This document shows positions 48,357 to 64,000 of a stretch of DNA of 64,000 nt, in pieces. The stretch is from the NCBI GenBank assembly GCA_964016885.1, contig OZ024740.1:222952001-223016000 (forward strand). The letters are read 5' to 3'. A program made the position numbers and the translations under genes. The first letter of the stretch is position 1. Each line of letters begins with the position of its first letter. This DNA comes from Eledone cirrhosa. Its lineage: Eukaryota. The notes below the pieces were generated by a model that saw nothing but the letters and a program-made list of their open reading frames with translations, was not told the DNA's origin and searched no databases.

Positions 48357-48545
48357 GTTAATGCTGGTGAGTGTAGATTCATTTGTTTTTTATATTTTTT
48401 ATGTAGTTCACGCTGAATAAAGGTATTGTATGTGTTAATGTCCATAGTGTATACGTTTGATGTTTTATATATAAATATACATATATATATATACGTATAT
48501 AAATACGTATATATATATAAATAAATATATATATATGTATATATG

Positions 48546-48667
<122 letters not shown>

Positions 48668-48685
48668 TTATATGTATATATATAT

Positions 48686-48720
<35 letters not shown>

Positions 48721-48747
48721 CGTATATATATAGAGAGAGATTTATAC

Positions 48748-48856
<109 letters not shown>

Positions 48857-48863
48857 AATACAC

Positions 48864-48897
<34 letters not shown>

Positions 48898-48898
48898 G

Positions 48899-48979
<81 letters not shown>

Positions 48980-48991
48980 GTATATATATAC

Positions 48992-49035
<44 letters not shown>

Positions 49036-49036
49036 G

Positions 49037-49118
<82 letters not shown>

Positions 49119-49171
49119 AATATATATATATACGTATATATATATATATAAATATATATATACATACATAT

Positions 49172-49492
49172 CACTTTGAATAACTTTGAAATGTTTTGGC
49201 CAGTATTGGCCCAGGCCATGTCTAACTTAATAGCACCACCTGGCGAAGTCTTTCAATTCAGGATTTGGGCACCATGGCCCATTCGAGAAGAGAATTACTG
49301 TTTGCGGAGACATATCCGGGTGTGGGTGGTTTGTCCGGGATTACTTGGAGGAATTTGTCCAAAGACTTCTTGAATTTTGTGTGGTCAGTTTCTGTTTTGA
49401 CGTGTCCTGGTGTGATGTTGAAGAGAGCAGGGCCGATTGAGGTGAAATAATTGTGCCGTATTGTTGTTTTGAGTTGCGATTTAGATTTTTGA
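49172..49492 (-). mobile_element. CR1-like LINE 3' end
   Basis: [32 protein letters not shown] followed by a 3' UTR hairpin and short tandem tail. Confidence 0.78.
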
Positions 49493-49646
49493 ATATATAT
49501 CGCGTATGTATATATATATATAAATATATATATATATACGTATATATATATATATATATATAAATATATATATACATATATATATACGTATATATATGCG
49601 TATATATATATATATACGTATATATATATAAATATATATATATATG

Positions 49647-49680
<34 letters not shown>

Positions 49681-49695
49681 TATACGTATATATAT

Positions 49696-49732
<37 letters not shown>

Positions 49733-49829
49733 CGTATATATATATATATACCTATATAAATACGTATATATATATAAATATATTTATATATATATATATA
49801 CGTATATATATATATATATAGATTTATAC

Positions 49830-49868
<39 letters not shown>

Positions 49869-50099
49869 GAAACACACAGGTACATGCGGACACACACATA
49901 TATACATGAATGCATCCGCACCCAACTGTGAGTTAAGGGTGCCAACTTCACCGATGTTGCTCAATGAATGACTGGGACAGACCAATTCAGTTTGAACCAG
50001 ACTGAACCAGTATCAGAGTTAAAAATACATTATGAAGAGAGAAGAAACATTTAGATATAATTAGTAATAAAATGTATCATACCTAAACTGTTCCTAAAT

Positions 50100-50235
50100 T
50101 CTGGTACTTTTTTTTACCGACCTCGAAAGGATGAAAGACAAAGTTGACCTCGGCAGGATTTGAGAGCAGACAGCCAGAACAAATACTATAAAGCATTCTA
50201 TCCAACATTCTAATGACTGCCAATTCACTGCCTAT
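50100..50235 (-). mobile_element. Diverged Deu/Nin-type SINE fragment
   Basis: tggtact...cgacctcgaaaggatgaaagacaaagttgacctcggcaggatttga. Confidence 0.7.
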
Positions 50236-50532
50236 AAAAAATACAGCAATATTAACTTCCTGAACTTGAGACTATACTAGATACTAATGAACTGCACATA
50301 TACCATTGTAAACAGTATAAGCTTCCATTACTCATACTTCTCGCCTTCTTCACTACCTATTCTACGACCTCGATATGAATACCCCTTCCGCCTCCGTGGT
50401 ATTTTCTTCGTGGTTATAAGAGGCTTAGCTCTGTTTCTCGACCGTTATATCGCGTGACTATCTCCCCCTCCGCCTTTTGGGATTCTTTCTCACGTCGTGT
50501 AGACGCGTTCTTGAGACTAGTAAAATGAGGTA

Positions 50533-50620
50533 TCCTCTTGATAAGTCGGCAGACCTCGCAAGGACTCTATATCTTTGATATATTGTTTTTGTTTATGCCA
50601 CGAAACTACGTAGTCGAGGA
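50533..50620 (+). ncRNA. Hammerhead with U3-A8 core, unrelated family
   Basis: tcctc TTGATAA gt(c)ggca...tgccac GAAA ctacgtag TC gagga; downstream 50620-50694 is inverted at 50026-50100 and 19811-19876. Confidence 0.82.
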
Positions 50621-50719
50621 ATTTAGGAACAGTTTAGGTATGATACATTTTATTACTAATTATATCTAAATGTTTCTTCTCTCTTCATAATGTATATATA
50701 TATATATATATATATATAC

Positions 50720-50762
<43 letters not shown>

Positions 50763-50869
50763 AATATACGTATATATATATATATATATATTATACTCTT
50801 GATTTGGCCAGCGATGAATATTTCCAGATACCTTTTAAGTGTAACTTTCCGTATTTATTATTACTATGA

Positions 50870-51505
50870 AATTTTTATTGTTATTCTGGTATCATATCTC
50901 TGTTTTTTAGCCTAAGAATATACCTATATGCGTGTATAAATAATACATTCATATATTTATTTTTTAAAAATCTAATTGAGTTCTTCACACGCAAGGTTAA
51001 AATCATTGAAAAAATTAATTGACCCGTGTGCATATTATTTTATTATGTTTCGCGATGACCTCCCCTTTCCGCTTGATGACAATGTGAAACTTCTCATTCT
51101 GAGACTGCTGGAATTTCAAATTTAGCGGTCATTCTGATATGGAGAGGGAACAACTTTGGACATTGAATATCGGTAAGAAAGTTTTTTTATATCGATGTTT
51201 GACGGGCATCCACTGATGATTTATAAGTGCCCACCTGCATATATTCCTAGGAATTATTTGCAGGCTTCTACATAACCTGGACACATTTTCCCCAACTTGT
51301 AGAAAACTTATAATGAAATAATTGTTTGAAAAGTGAGATGTATTTTAATTATGTCTCATATAAAATAATACAACTGGCTATCTGCAAAATACATATAGTT
51401 AGCACCCCAAACGTAAAATTGGGATTATACTAAGGTATATCCTAATGTTTGTTGAGTGAGATGGAAGCCAGTCAGACTATAGCTTGAAGATTTGAGCTTT
51501 CTCTG
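50870..51505 (+). mobile_element. Diverged family H relative with HHR at 51209-51330
   Basis: CTGATGA tttataag...cttataat GAAA taattg TT. Confidence 0.65.
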
Positions 51506-51569
51506 TTAATGTATTAAATATATATAAATATATATATTTACGTATAAATCTATATATATATATATATAC

Positions 51570-52708
<1,139 letters not shown>

Positions 52709-52718
52709 ATATATATAC

Positions 52719-52755
<37 letters not shown>

Positions 52756-52846
52756 TATATATATATACGTATATATATATATATATATATATATAAATAT
52801 ATATATATATACGTATATATATATATAAATATATATATATATACGT

Positions 52847-52877
<31 letters not shown>

Positions 52878-52908
52878 CGTATATATATATATAAATATAT
52901 ATATATAC

Positions 52909-52974
<66 letters not shown>

Positions 52975-53029
52975 GTAAATATTACGTATATATATATATA
53001 TATGAATACAAATATATATATATATATAT

Positions 53030-53298
53030 ATTAGAAAGTGAGGTTTTTTTTACAAAATGAAAAATAACCGAGGTGTCCTACACGAGTGGAAGTATAAAGA
53101 AAAAGGGATGAAATCGAAAATGCAACTGAAGTCTTATTTTTTTAAAAAATATATATATTTATTTGGTTCCTTTACCGGTTTCGCAGTTCTTCTGCTTTTC
53201 AAAAGGTGAGTTGAGATGGAGGGTCTGTGGTTTTTCTAAATATATGTATTTTAAAAAAAAATAAGACTTCAGTTGCATTTTCGATTTCATCCCTTTTT

Positions 53299-53302
<4 letters not shown>
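53030..53302. mobile_element. Family E pLTR-like repeat with partial inversion
   Basis: 53030-53237 is the reverse complement of 45050-45255; 53250-53302 is an inverted copy of 53095-53148. Confidence 0.8.
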
Positions 53303-53340
<38 letters not shown>

Positions 53341-53378
53341 GTAAATATATATATATATATATAAAAATATATATATAC

Positions 53379-53450
<72 letters not shown>

Positions 53451-53484
53451 ATATATATAGATATATATAAAAATATATATATAC

Positions 53485-53536
<52 letters not shown>

Positions 53537-53609
53537 ATATATATAGATATATATAAATATATATGTAAGTATTTATATATATATGTATGTATATATATAT
53601 ATGTATGTA

Positions 53610-53756
<147 letters not shown>

Positions 53757-53943
53757 GTAGATAATATATATACGTATGTATATATATATGTATATATATA
53801 TGTATATATGTATACATATATATATGTATATATATATACACATATATATATGTATATATAGATATGTAGGTATTGAAGTTTACGTTGAAAACAGAAAAAG
53901 TCATAGATTGAAGAGATATGTATATATATATATATGTATTTAA

Positions 53944-54023
<80 letters not shown>

Positions 54024-54056
54024 GTACATATGTATATATATATATATATATATATC

Positions 54057-54087
<31 letters not shown>

Positions 54088-54095
54088 GTACATAA

Positions 54096-54181
<86 letters not shown>

Positions 54182-54234
54182 GTATATATATATATATGTA
54201 TATATATATGAATATATGTTTATATATATATATA

Positions 54235-54700
54235 TGTTGTTATGCTTTGGAAGGGTCATGTTGCCAATAAGAAACACACGCACCCATCATTTTCCCTCCA
54301 ATTTACTATAAATTAAATTCATAAATTTAAGAATTTATAAATTTCCGGTTGGTTGGTTGGTTCCATAACCGGACGGTTGTTCATATATTGTCGGGGTTCT
54401 TTCGTCACACATTATGTGACCTCTTCAGTGACTGTGTATTGTTTTCTTTGTTTTGTGTCTCTAGGACAGAACAAAGGAGAAGCACAAAACAAAGGAAAGA
54501 ATCCCCCAGTTACTGAAGAGGTCACAGAATGTGTGACGAAAGAACTTTGACAATATATGAACAACCGTCCGGTTATGGAACCAACCAACCGGAAAGATGT
54601 AAGTACTTAAATTTATAAATTGAATTTATGATAAATTGGAGGGAAAGCACCTGGTAGGTGTGTTTTGGGGGGCAACATGACCCTCCCAAAGTATAACAAT
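54235..54700. mobile_element. Family I fold-back pLTR
   Basis: Arms ~54235-54455 and ~54484-54700; HHR gtta CTGAAGA g-gtcaca(gaatg)tgtgac GAAA gaac TT tgac at 54509-54551(+). Confidence 0.8.
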
Positions 54701-54897
54701 ATTGGTTTCAACACACATTTTCAGATATAGAATTTTGCTAAACAAATTCAAAAACGAAATATATATATATATATATTCAGGTTTGAGGTTCACCACTGTA
54801 TAGAGCTGGTTTATTCCGTATGGTCAATCGTAATGCAATAATATAGAGAGTACTCAACGTAAAGCAGTTCAATCCAGCCTCCTGTCATTTCATTATA

Positions 54898-54941
<44 letters not shown>

Positions 54942-54944
54942 CTA

Positions 54945-55215
54945 TCCAGTGATTCTCCAACCGATAAGGTATGTTTTTCATGGGTATGTCTCTATTTATA
55001 AAACAAACTTCGTATTTTATCTGATGAAATCGTACCAATACTGTCTTGGTTAGCCTTGAAATATATATAATAAAATAAATATGTTTAATAAATATAGTTT
55101 CCATTTATTTAATATCATTGAATATTTACTCCATTAACTTGTTGAGTGCTCTGAATCAGTTAAAAACATTTGTTTGTCGGACTCCCAACAAATTAAATTC
55201 CACTCGTACTTAAAT
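54945..55215 (+). mobile_element. Family L pLTR-like repeat with HHR at 55013-55077
   Basis: tattttat CTGATGA ..accaa/ttggt.. GAAA tatata TA ataaaata; related to 62870-63237. Confidence 0.7.
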
Positions 55216-55271
55216 TTATATATATATGTATATATATATATATATGTATGTATATATATATATATATATTT

Positions 55272-55415
<144 letters not shown>

Positions 55416-55883
55416 TGGTAAACGGGATAGAAAATGCTGACAAATTGTTCACAGTTGAACAATGGTTTAATTAGGAATAAAGAGCATTAGTGATTGTATG
55501 GGTTAGTATTCAGTTGTGGTTTTAAGTTTTTAAGTTTTTACCGGTTGCGCATTTCTAAATGCTTTTCAAAATTAATTTGGAGATAGAGTGTCCGTGCTGT
55601 TTGCTCTGATCTGATTAGTTTTGGGAATTCTACCTGTTTTTATGTTAAAAAAGTGGCTCCAATTTGCAAAAATTCTTGTGGTCAAAACAATTTTGATTGG
55701 TCGGTAGAGGTCATGTGAATGTAAAAAATTGATTTTGCGCCAAGACTGTTTTTATGTTAAAAAAGTGGCTCCAGCAAAAATTCTTGTGGTCAAAACAATT
55801 TTGATTGGTCGGTAGAGGTCATGTGAATAAAAAATTGGTTTTGCGCCAAGATTGACAAATGACTCTTTCACAACAAATATGTG

Positions 55884-55938
<55 letters not shown>

Positions 55939-56010
55939 TAGTAGTAGTAGTAAGGTGTTCGATGTTGTGATAATGGTTAGCAGCGATGTGTGTCAAATGG
56001 CTATTAAGAT

Positions 56011-56073
<63 letters not shown>

Positions 56074-57499
56074 GCAGAGTAATTCGTGGTGGCAGGGATG
56101 GTCAGTAAGAATGTGTCTGAAAGCAATGGGGGGTATTTTAGCATGTCAGATGATATTTTTCAGCTTTTGTCTTATACGGAGAAGTGCGTGTGTGTGTGTG
56201 TTTGTATATATAAGTCTCTTTGTATGTTGATGTACGCGTGTGTATGTGTGTGTGTATATATATATGTGTGTGTGGGGGGGGGGCAGTATTTTTCCCCCTG
56301 GTAAAATGGTGTACATTATTCGATTTTTTCAGTAAAATCGGTTCTCTTAATAGAACATCAAAAATCTTAACAATAAAAGGTGTGAAATGATATTCACTAT
56401 ATATATATACACATACATATATTCACTATATATATATATATATATATATACATATATACATATATATATGCACATATATTTTTTTGTGTTGCACCATAGA
56501 GCATGTGTGTTTACGTATGTCATCGTGTTTATATGTGGGTAGAGATGTCTGCTGATGTAGGTATGTATGTTGACGTGTGTATGTTGTGGGTTCGTCTTAG
56601 GGAAAAGTGTTTAGACGGGGTCCGTATTTGTTAATGAAGTAAGATTCCTTGCTGATGCGCTGGGTGTGGGTGGCATTATCTTTAAATTTGTAGAAGGGAA
56701 AGATTCTGAAGTTGGGATGATTTTGGGCGGCACAGGTATCAATGTGTTCACTCAGTGGTATTTTCCTGTATTCCCGTATTTTGATTTGGGATCTATGGAC
56801 AGTCATGCGTTGGCGGAGGCTGTTTTTGGTCTGGCCTATGTATTATTCTCGACAACCTGAACAAGTTAATACATATATTAGATTTTCCGATGCACATGTG
56901 AAATTGTGTTTTACTATGAAACGTTGTCCATCTTTGAAATAGAATTCCGAACCCTCTATTAGGTTGATGCAAATGCCACAGTTGGGTCTATCGCATTTTT
57001 TTACTGTGGGTTTCGTTGTTGTGGTTGGCAGTACTTTGGCATGTGTTAAGATGTTTTTCATTAACTTGGATTGTCTTTTGCTCTTTATGATATCATGTGT
57101 TCGTAAAATTTGGTTCATTCTATGGTCCTTTTTCAATACAGGGATATTCTGGAGGATGGTGTGAAAGGCCTCATTGTTGAGGGGGTTGTGTGTGGAGATG
57201 TATGGAAGAGCTTTTAGTTTTGGTTGATTTACTTTAGGGTGTCTAAGGTCCTGGGTACTGAGTTTTAGGGCACGTTGGATTCCATTGTCAATTAGTGATG
57301 CAGGGTAGTCCCTGCCTATGAGTGATGTCTTTAGTTCTTTTAGCCGTAAGTAGCAGATGTTTTTATTGGAGACTATAGTACAGATTCTCTTGTCTAAGTT
57401 GTAGGGAATATTAATTTTAACGTGTCTAGGGTGGCAAGAGTTGAAGGGGAGATATTGCTTGGAGTCTGTGGGCTTGTAGTAGATGTCTGTTTCTATTAT

Positions 57500-58489
57500 G
57501 GGCTCAACACAAATATTAACTTCACGATGGAATACAGCCATCAACAACTCCCCTTCCTCGACATCCTCATTAAGATCCATAACAAAAAAATAGAAACAGA
57601 CATATACTACAAGCCCACAGACTCCAAGCAATATCTCCCCTTCAACTCTTGCCACCCTAGACACGTTAAAATTAATATTCCCTACAACTTAGCCAAGAGA
57701 ATCTGTACTATTGTCTCCAATAAAAACATCTGCTACTTACGTCTACAAGAACTAAAGGACACACTCATAGGCAGGGACTACCCTGCATCACTAATTGACA
57801 ATGGAATCCAACGTGCCCTAAAACTCAGTACCCAGGACCTTAGACACCCTAAAGTAAATCAACCAAAACTAAAAGCTCTTCCATACATCTCCACACACAA
57901 CCCCCTCAACAATGAGGCCTTTGACACCATCCTCCAGAACATCCCTGTATTGAAAAAGGACCTTAGAATGAACCAAATTCTACGAACACACGATATCATA
58001 AAGAGCAAAAGACAATCCAAGTCAATGAAAAACATCTTAACACATGCCAAAGTACTGCCAACCACAACAACGAAACCCACAGTAAAAAAATGCGATAGAC
58101 CCAACTGTGGCATTTGCATCAAACTAATAGAGGGTTCGGAATTCTATTTCAAAGATGGACAACGTTTTATAGTAAAACACAATTTCACATGTGCATCGTA
58201 AAATCTAATATATCTATTAACTTGTTCAGGTTGTCGAGAACAATACATAGGCCAGACTAAAAACAGCCTCCGCCAACGCATGACTGTCCATAGATCCCAA
58301 ATCAAAATACGGGAATACAGGAAAATACCACTGAGTGAACACATTGATACCTGTGCCGCCCAAAATCATCCCAACTTCAGAATCTTTCCCCTCTACAAAT
58401 CTAAAGATAATGCCACCCACACCCAGCGCATCAGCAAGGAATCTTACTTCATTAACAAATACGGACCCCGTCTAAACACTTCTCCCTAA
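57500..58489 (+). pseudogene. PLE RT thumb + Zn-finger GIY-YIG endonuclease (Neptune-like); mirror copy at 56597-57498(-)
   Basis: INFTME..LPFLDILI..TDIYYKPTD..YL..SCHP; CDRPNCGIC..FTCAS.NLIY.LTCSGC.EQYIGQT..LRQRMTVHR; one stop per arm. Confidence 0.9.
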
Positions 58490-58810
58490 GACGAACCCAC
58501 AACATACACACGTCAACATACATACCTACATCAGCACACGTCTCTACCCACATATAAACACAATGACATACGTAAATACACATGCTCTATGGTGCAACAC
58601 AAAAAAATATATGTGCATATATATATATGTATATATGTATATATATATACATATATATATATAGTGAATATATGTATGTGTATATATATATAGTGAATAT
58701 CATTTCACACCTTTTATTGTTAAGATTTTTGATGTTCTATTAAGAGAACCGATTTTACTGAAAAAAATCGAATAATGTACACCATTTTACCCGGGGGAAA
58801 AAATACTGGT

Positions 58811-58852
<42 letters not shown>

Positions 58853-59012
58853 ACGCGTACATCAACATACAAAGAGACTTATATATACACACACACACGC
58901 ACTTCTCCGTATAATACAAAAGCTGAAAAATATCATCTGACATGCTAAAATACCCCCCATTGCTTTCAGACACATTCTTACTGACCATCCCTGCCACCAC
59001 GAATTACTCTGC

Positions 59013-59091
<79 letters not shown>

Positions 59092-59162
59092 ATCTTAATA
59101 GCCATTTGACACACATCGCTGCTAACCATTATCACAACATCGAACACCTTACTACTACTACT

Positions 59163-59246
<84 letters not shown>

Positions 59247-59551
59247 GTGTGTTGTGAAAGAGTCATTTGTCAATCTTGGCGCAAAACCAATTTTTTATTC
59301 ACATGACTTCTACCGACCAATCAAAATTGTTTTGACCACAAGATTTTTGCTGGAGCCACTTTTTAAACATAAAAACAGTCTTGGCGCAAAATCAATTTTT
59401 TACATTCACATGACCTCTACCGACCAATCAAAATTGTTTTGACCACAAGAATTTTTGCAAATTGGAGCCACTTTTTTAACATAAAAACAGGTAGAATTCC
59501 CAAAACTAATCAGATCAGAGCAAACAGCACGGACACTCTATCTCAAAATTA

Positions 59552-59588
59552 TTTTTGAAAAGCATTTAGAAATGCGCAACCGGTAAAA
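59552..59588 (+). ncRNA. U3-A8 hammerhead (with A13C) in the Neptune-like pLTR; mirror at ~55536-55571(-)
   Basis: ttt TTGAAAA gcatt(taga)aatgc GCAA ccgg TA aaa. Confidence 0.65.
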
Positions 59589-59745
59589 ACTTAAAAACTT
59601 AAAACCACAACTGAATACTAACCCATACAATCACTAATACTCTTTTATTCCTAATTAAACCATTTTTCAACTGTGAACAATTTGTCAGCATTTTCTATTC
59701 CGTTTACTAATATATAATAACTTGTGTGTTACACCTCTATTCTTT

Positions 59746-59809
<64 letters not shown>

Positions 59810-59810
59810 C

Positions 59811-59856
<46 letters not shown>

Positions 59857-59921
59857 ATATATATATATATGTATATATATGTATATATATGTATATATAT
59901 ATATATATATGTATATATATG

Positions 59922-59988
<67 letters not shown>

Positions 59989-60026
59989 GTATATATATAT
60001 ATGTATATATATATGTGTGTATATAT

Positions 60027-61691
60027 ACTGGTAAAACACTGGAAGATAATATCCGTAGTGGTAGAGCACTCAGTCCATGGAACGAGTTAGGTAGAAGTGT
60101 TTACACAACAGTTTGTTCACCATACCGAGAACAATTGATTCACCTTAGCGGATCCTCAGCTCGTAATGGACATGGTTATATGGAACAGGAAGGATAACCT
60201 TACGAACGTGCATGCGCTTAAACCGGTCACTTAACACAGGCAATTCTAAAATGCGTGCGAGAGGTGTAATGGAGATAACTGCGAAAGTCTGAAAAGTTTC
60301 TAGTTGATAAGAAAATGATGATGTTGTTGTAATTCACTCCGGAGCTTTGTAGTTATGCAAGAGGTGTTTCGAGACGTGTTGACAACGTATGAAGAATTCA
60401 TTTCTCGTGTTTAGGCAATCACTATTGCATAATCTCTTTAGAATATTTATTCGTTCATCAACATCACACGACGGATTTCCCCTTGCGTATGGCTTGGAGT
60501 TAGTGATGGCTTTCCATTGAATGGAATAGTCTATACTAGAGTCCTTGAGGGACCATACGTGGCTCGCTTGTTTCGTGTATGAACGTCTGTCCGGGTACCT
60601 AAAGGTCGACTGGTGGTTCAGGAAATGTTCCTTAAATCGGCCTTCTGCCATACCCACATAGGATTTGACCTCCTGTGATTGATTTGATCGGTTGGAAGTG
60701 ACCACAGCTTCATAAATTACAGCGGGTGTGTTGCATTGCTGTTGAAGGGGACAAGCTTCGGGCTTACGGCAAGAGCACCCTGGTGGGGCTTTGCTCCTAG
60801 GGCTGCTGGTGATGTGGGCCTTCATTTTCTTAGCGCAGGAGTAACGTATTTTTACTTTGTGTCGGTTAAAGATGGAGCGGTATTTATGACTTATGGGAAA
60901 GTGTCTATCTAAGAGGGCTAGACATTTTTGGCCTACATTGGTTTCAACGTTGAGTGAGAAGGGAGGAGAGAACCAGATAGTTTGTCTATTGTTACGCTTT
61001 CTTTTCTTATTGCTGTTGTTGCTAGTGGGAGAGTAAGTGATAGGTTGCGAGAAGCCGCTGTTAGCTAATGCCGTGTTATAGTAGAGTGCAGCCCTGTATA
61101 TAGCCTTACCAGAGGAGAGGTTTGAGATTCTAGAACTGATATTATTTACGAAGTTTCTATAAACAATGGGACGGTGGCATGAGTCCTTGTGAATATAATT
61201 GAGTTTTTAGTTTAGCTTATGGAAGGGTCTGTAGGTGTGTGTACGAAGGTCTAAATTAATGTCTAAGAAATCTACGCTAGAGAGGTTGGTAGCTGCTGTT
61301 ATCCTAAGTCCTAATTCATTGAAGGTAGAAGCTAAGTCTTTTTTAAACCGGTCGAGGTCGTGACCACTTTTATGGCTCGATAAGGTAAGTCCATCGTCGC
61401 GGTATATTCCCCTGTGGAAGTCCGGGAATCTAACACGTAATATGTCTAAAATAAATAGGCCAACCAAGTCGCATACGTCAGCATTGTCAAACGATCCCAT
61501 GGAGACGTCGAATAGGTCTGAAGTTGTAGACTTCTTTGCCCAGGCTACTCCGTCGTTGAAGAGGAGGGTTTTCCGGCAGAGAGCGATGATTTCCCTGTCT
61601 AAACCATCGACGGTGGTGTAAGTGGGAGCGAAGTCCAACGCTTTGTACTTCCTGTTCCGTATAACCATGTCCACTACGAGCTGAGGATCCG
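60027..61691 (-). mobile_element. 5'-truncated Naiad-type PLE with 3' pLTR (HHR at 60126-60163) and inverted pLTR piece at 61650-61691
   Basis: [51 protein letters not shown]; pLTR = family C. Confidence 0.92.
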
Positions 61692-61715
61692 TATATATAT
61701 ATATATATATACATG

Positions 61716-61813
<98 letters not shown>

Positions 61814-61814
61814 C

Positions 61815-61879
<65 letters not shown>

Positions 61880-61881
<2 letters not shown>

Positions 61882-62557
61882 CATTGTCGGAGAAAGCTAA
61901 TAGTGATACTCCGGCCAAATCCCAACTCACTCAACAAACATTAGGAAATAAGTGAGTATATTCCCAATTAAACGTTAGGGATGCTAACTGATTGTATTGT
62001 GTGGAAAATTGGCTGTATTAATTCATATGAGATATATCAAATATATCTCTTCCCAGATCGTTTCATTAAAAGATTCCTACAAGTCAGGTGAAATTATACC
62101 AATTGATGTAGAAGCTTGTATAAGATCAACAGATACTTATTCAAGTGGGCTCTTATAATTCTTCAGTGGGTGCCCAATAATATTAATATTGATAATCAAA
62201 TCAACATCAATATTTAGCGATAATCACCATCAGTGCTTGAAGTAGCTGTTAGGTTGCTAGCCCAGCAGTTCTAAAGAAATTCTCATACTACCTCAAAAAA
62301 CGAGGAAGGAGAATTACCGCCAAAAAACGATACATGCGCAGGACAATGAATCCTAAAAGGAATTCAAGCCATGTGCTAGAACTCAATTGGAATTTGAAAA
62401 ATTACCCATATGTGTACATCATTTGATGACACACAGATATTTTCTCGGGCAAAAGAAGAGAATGAGATACAAGAAACAATCAATATTCATATACAAAAAT
62501 AAACAAAGAGAGTCAAACATCATATCGGGAAGTTCATATCCGTTGCTCCAAGAGTAA
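61880..62557 (-). mobile_element. Family H unit with HHR-like motif at 62052-62170
   Basis: Colinear with 39530-40225; ccca CTGAAGA attataa...tttaat GAAA cga TC tggg. Confidence 0.75.
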
Positions 62558-62586
62558 ATATATATATATATGTATATATATACATG

Positions 62587-62620
<34 letters not shown>

Positions 62621-62622
62621 AA

Positions 62623-62712
<90 letters not shown>

Positions 62713-62716
62713 CATG

Positions 62717-62846
<130 letters not shown>

Positions 62847-62869
62847 AAAATTTTATTTAAAATTGTTGG

Positions 62870-63235
62870 GTTACAACGAGTAAATATTTTATAACTGATA
62901 TAAAAGCACTCAACAGATTTTGGAGTATTTTACGATATTAAACAAATGGAAACTACATTTATAAAACCATATTTATTTCATTATATATATATTTCAGGGA
63001 TATCATATTTTTCTCCGTCTTTCTTTCTAACTGTCCTTAACATTTTCACTACCATAACAACTTTTTAAATGGAAGTTGTAAAATTTTTTAAGTTATGTCA
63101 AATTTATTTATAAAACTGTTTATATATTGTATTTTGTCTGAAGAGGGCATACCATATTTTTAATATGATATCCCTGAAATATATATAATGAAATAAATAT
63201 GGTTTTATAAATGTAGTTTCCACTTGTTTAATATC

Positions 63236-63237
<2 letters not shown>
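62870..63237. mobile_element. Family L fold-back pLTR with HHR at 63130-63195(+)
   Basis: 62932-63010 is the reverse complement of 63160-63237; tattttgt CTGAAGA ggg..ccct GAAA tatata TA atgaaata. Confidence 0.75.
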
Positions 63238-63279
<42 letters not shown>

Positions 63280-63340
63280 ATATATATATATATTTATGTA
63301 TATATATATATATGTATATATATGTATATATATGTATATA

Positions 63341-63420
<80 letters not shown>

Positions 63421-63422
63421 AC

Positions 63423-63588
63423 TGTTTCTACTTTAGGCACAATGCCAGCAATTACCCAGTTCATTACTGGTACTTTATTTTATCGACCCCGTAAGGATGA
63501 AAGGCAAAGTCAACCTCGGCGGGATTTGAACTCAGATCGTAAAGGGATGTAACTCTGCTGGAAAGCATGGCGTCCGACCCTCTACCGA
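63423..63588 (-). mobile_element. Deu/Nin-type tRNA SINE
   Basis: Same family as the 24580 and 25435 copies. Confidence 0.8.
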
Positions 63589-64000
63589 CGGCGATGAATT
63601 AGTTTTGCGAGGTTTTTATATGAAATCGTGTGTCGAAACAAATATTGTTATAATCGGGGAGTGTCATATTTGTGTAATATTGACAGAATTAATAACAGAA
63701 CACACTCAATGTCTGGTTGGTTTTCGCTTTTCGCTTCTGTGTCTTTTATATCGGTTAATTTAATTTATTCCGTCCTCAATGTTGCCAACGGTCAAAAATA
63801 CAGATACAATATAGACACAAACACATATATATAGTTTATCAAAGTTCTTTCGTTGAACATCTGCAACATCGTCAGTGGTGCTATTGTTTCCTCCCGTTGC
63901 ATTGTATTTACTACGCCATCTTTATTCAGTCTGTTTATATATTTATTTATTTGTTTATTTTTTTGTCTTCTTTGCGCATGCGTTTGCGTGTGTGTATAGC

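Noticed and set aside
56843-57664. 273-aa ORF with a novel hydrophobic N-terminus
   Set aside because: The N-terminus is read-through across the palindrome centre into the antisense arm; only the C-terminal part is PLE protein

Overview
AT-rich animal genomic DNA with no recognisable host gene. Octopus/cephalopod origin is inferred from the (TA)n/(CA)n density, the CORE- and Deu/Nin-type tRNA SINEs and the LINE mix. Almost all of the window is retroelement sequence separated by (TA)n tracts: one near-full Tx1/L1-clade LINE (3.8-9.6 kb), several RTE-clade LINEs, two CR1-like 3' ends, a deleted mariner, SINEs and at least six Penelope-like element (PLE) ORF remnants (Naiad-like and Neptune-like GIY-YIG types, one forming a 4.3-kb palindrome). 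The main signal is non-coding. By manual folding I find about 35 minimal type I hammerhead ribozyme (HHR) motifs, some decayed, in about 16 sequence families. They lie in PLE pseudo-LTRs (pLTRs), in solo fold-back pLTR hairpins and in ORF-less tandem 424-470 bp retrozyme-like units. Most have a short palindromic stem III (dimer-cleaving type). Several carry non-canonical cores: a compensatory U3-A8 pair, U4C or U4A, a U-U at the base of stem II, or large stem II insertions. All folds were done by eye, and self-cleavage is untested. The long IYIY/CVCV ORFs in the track are microsatellite artefacts.
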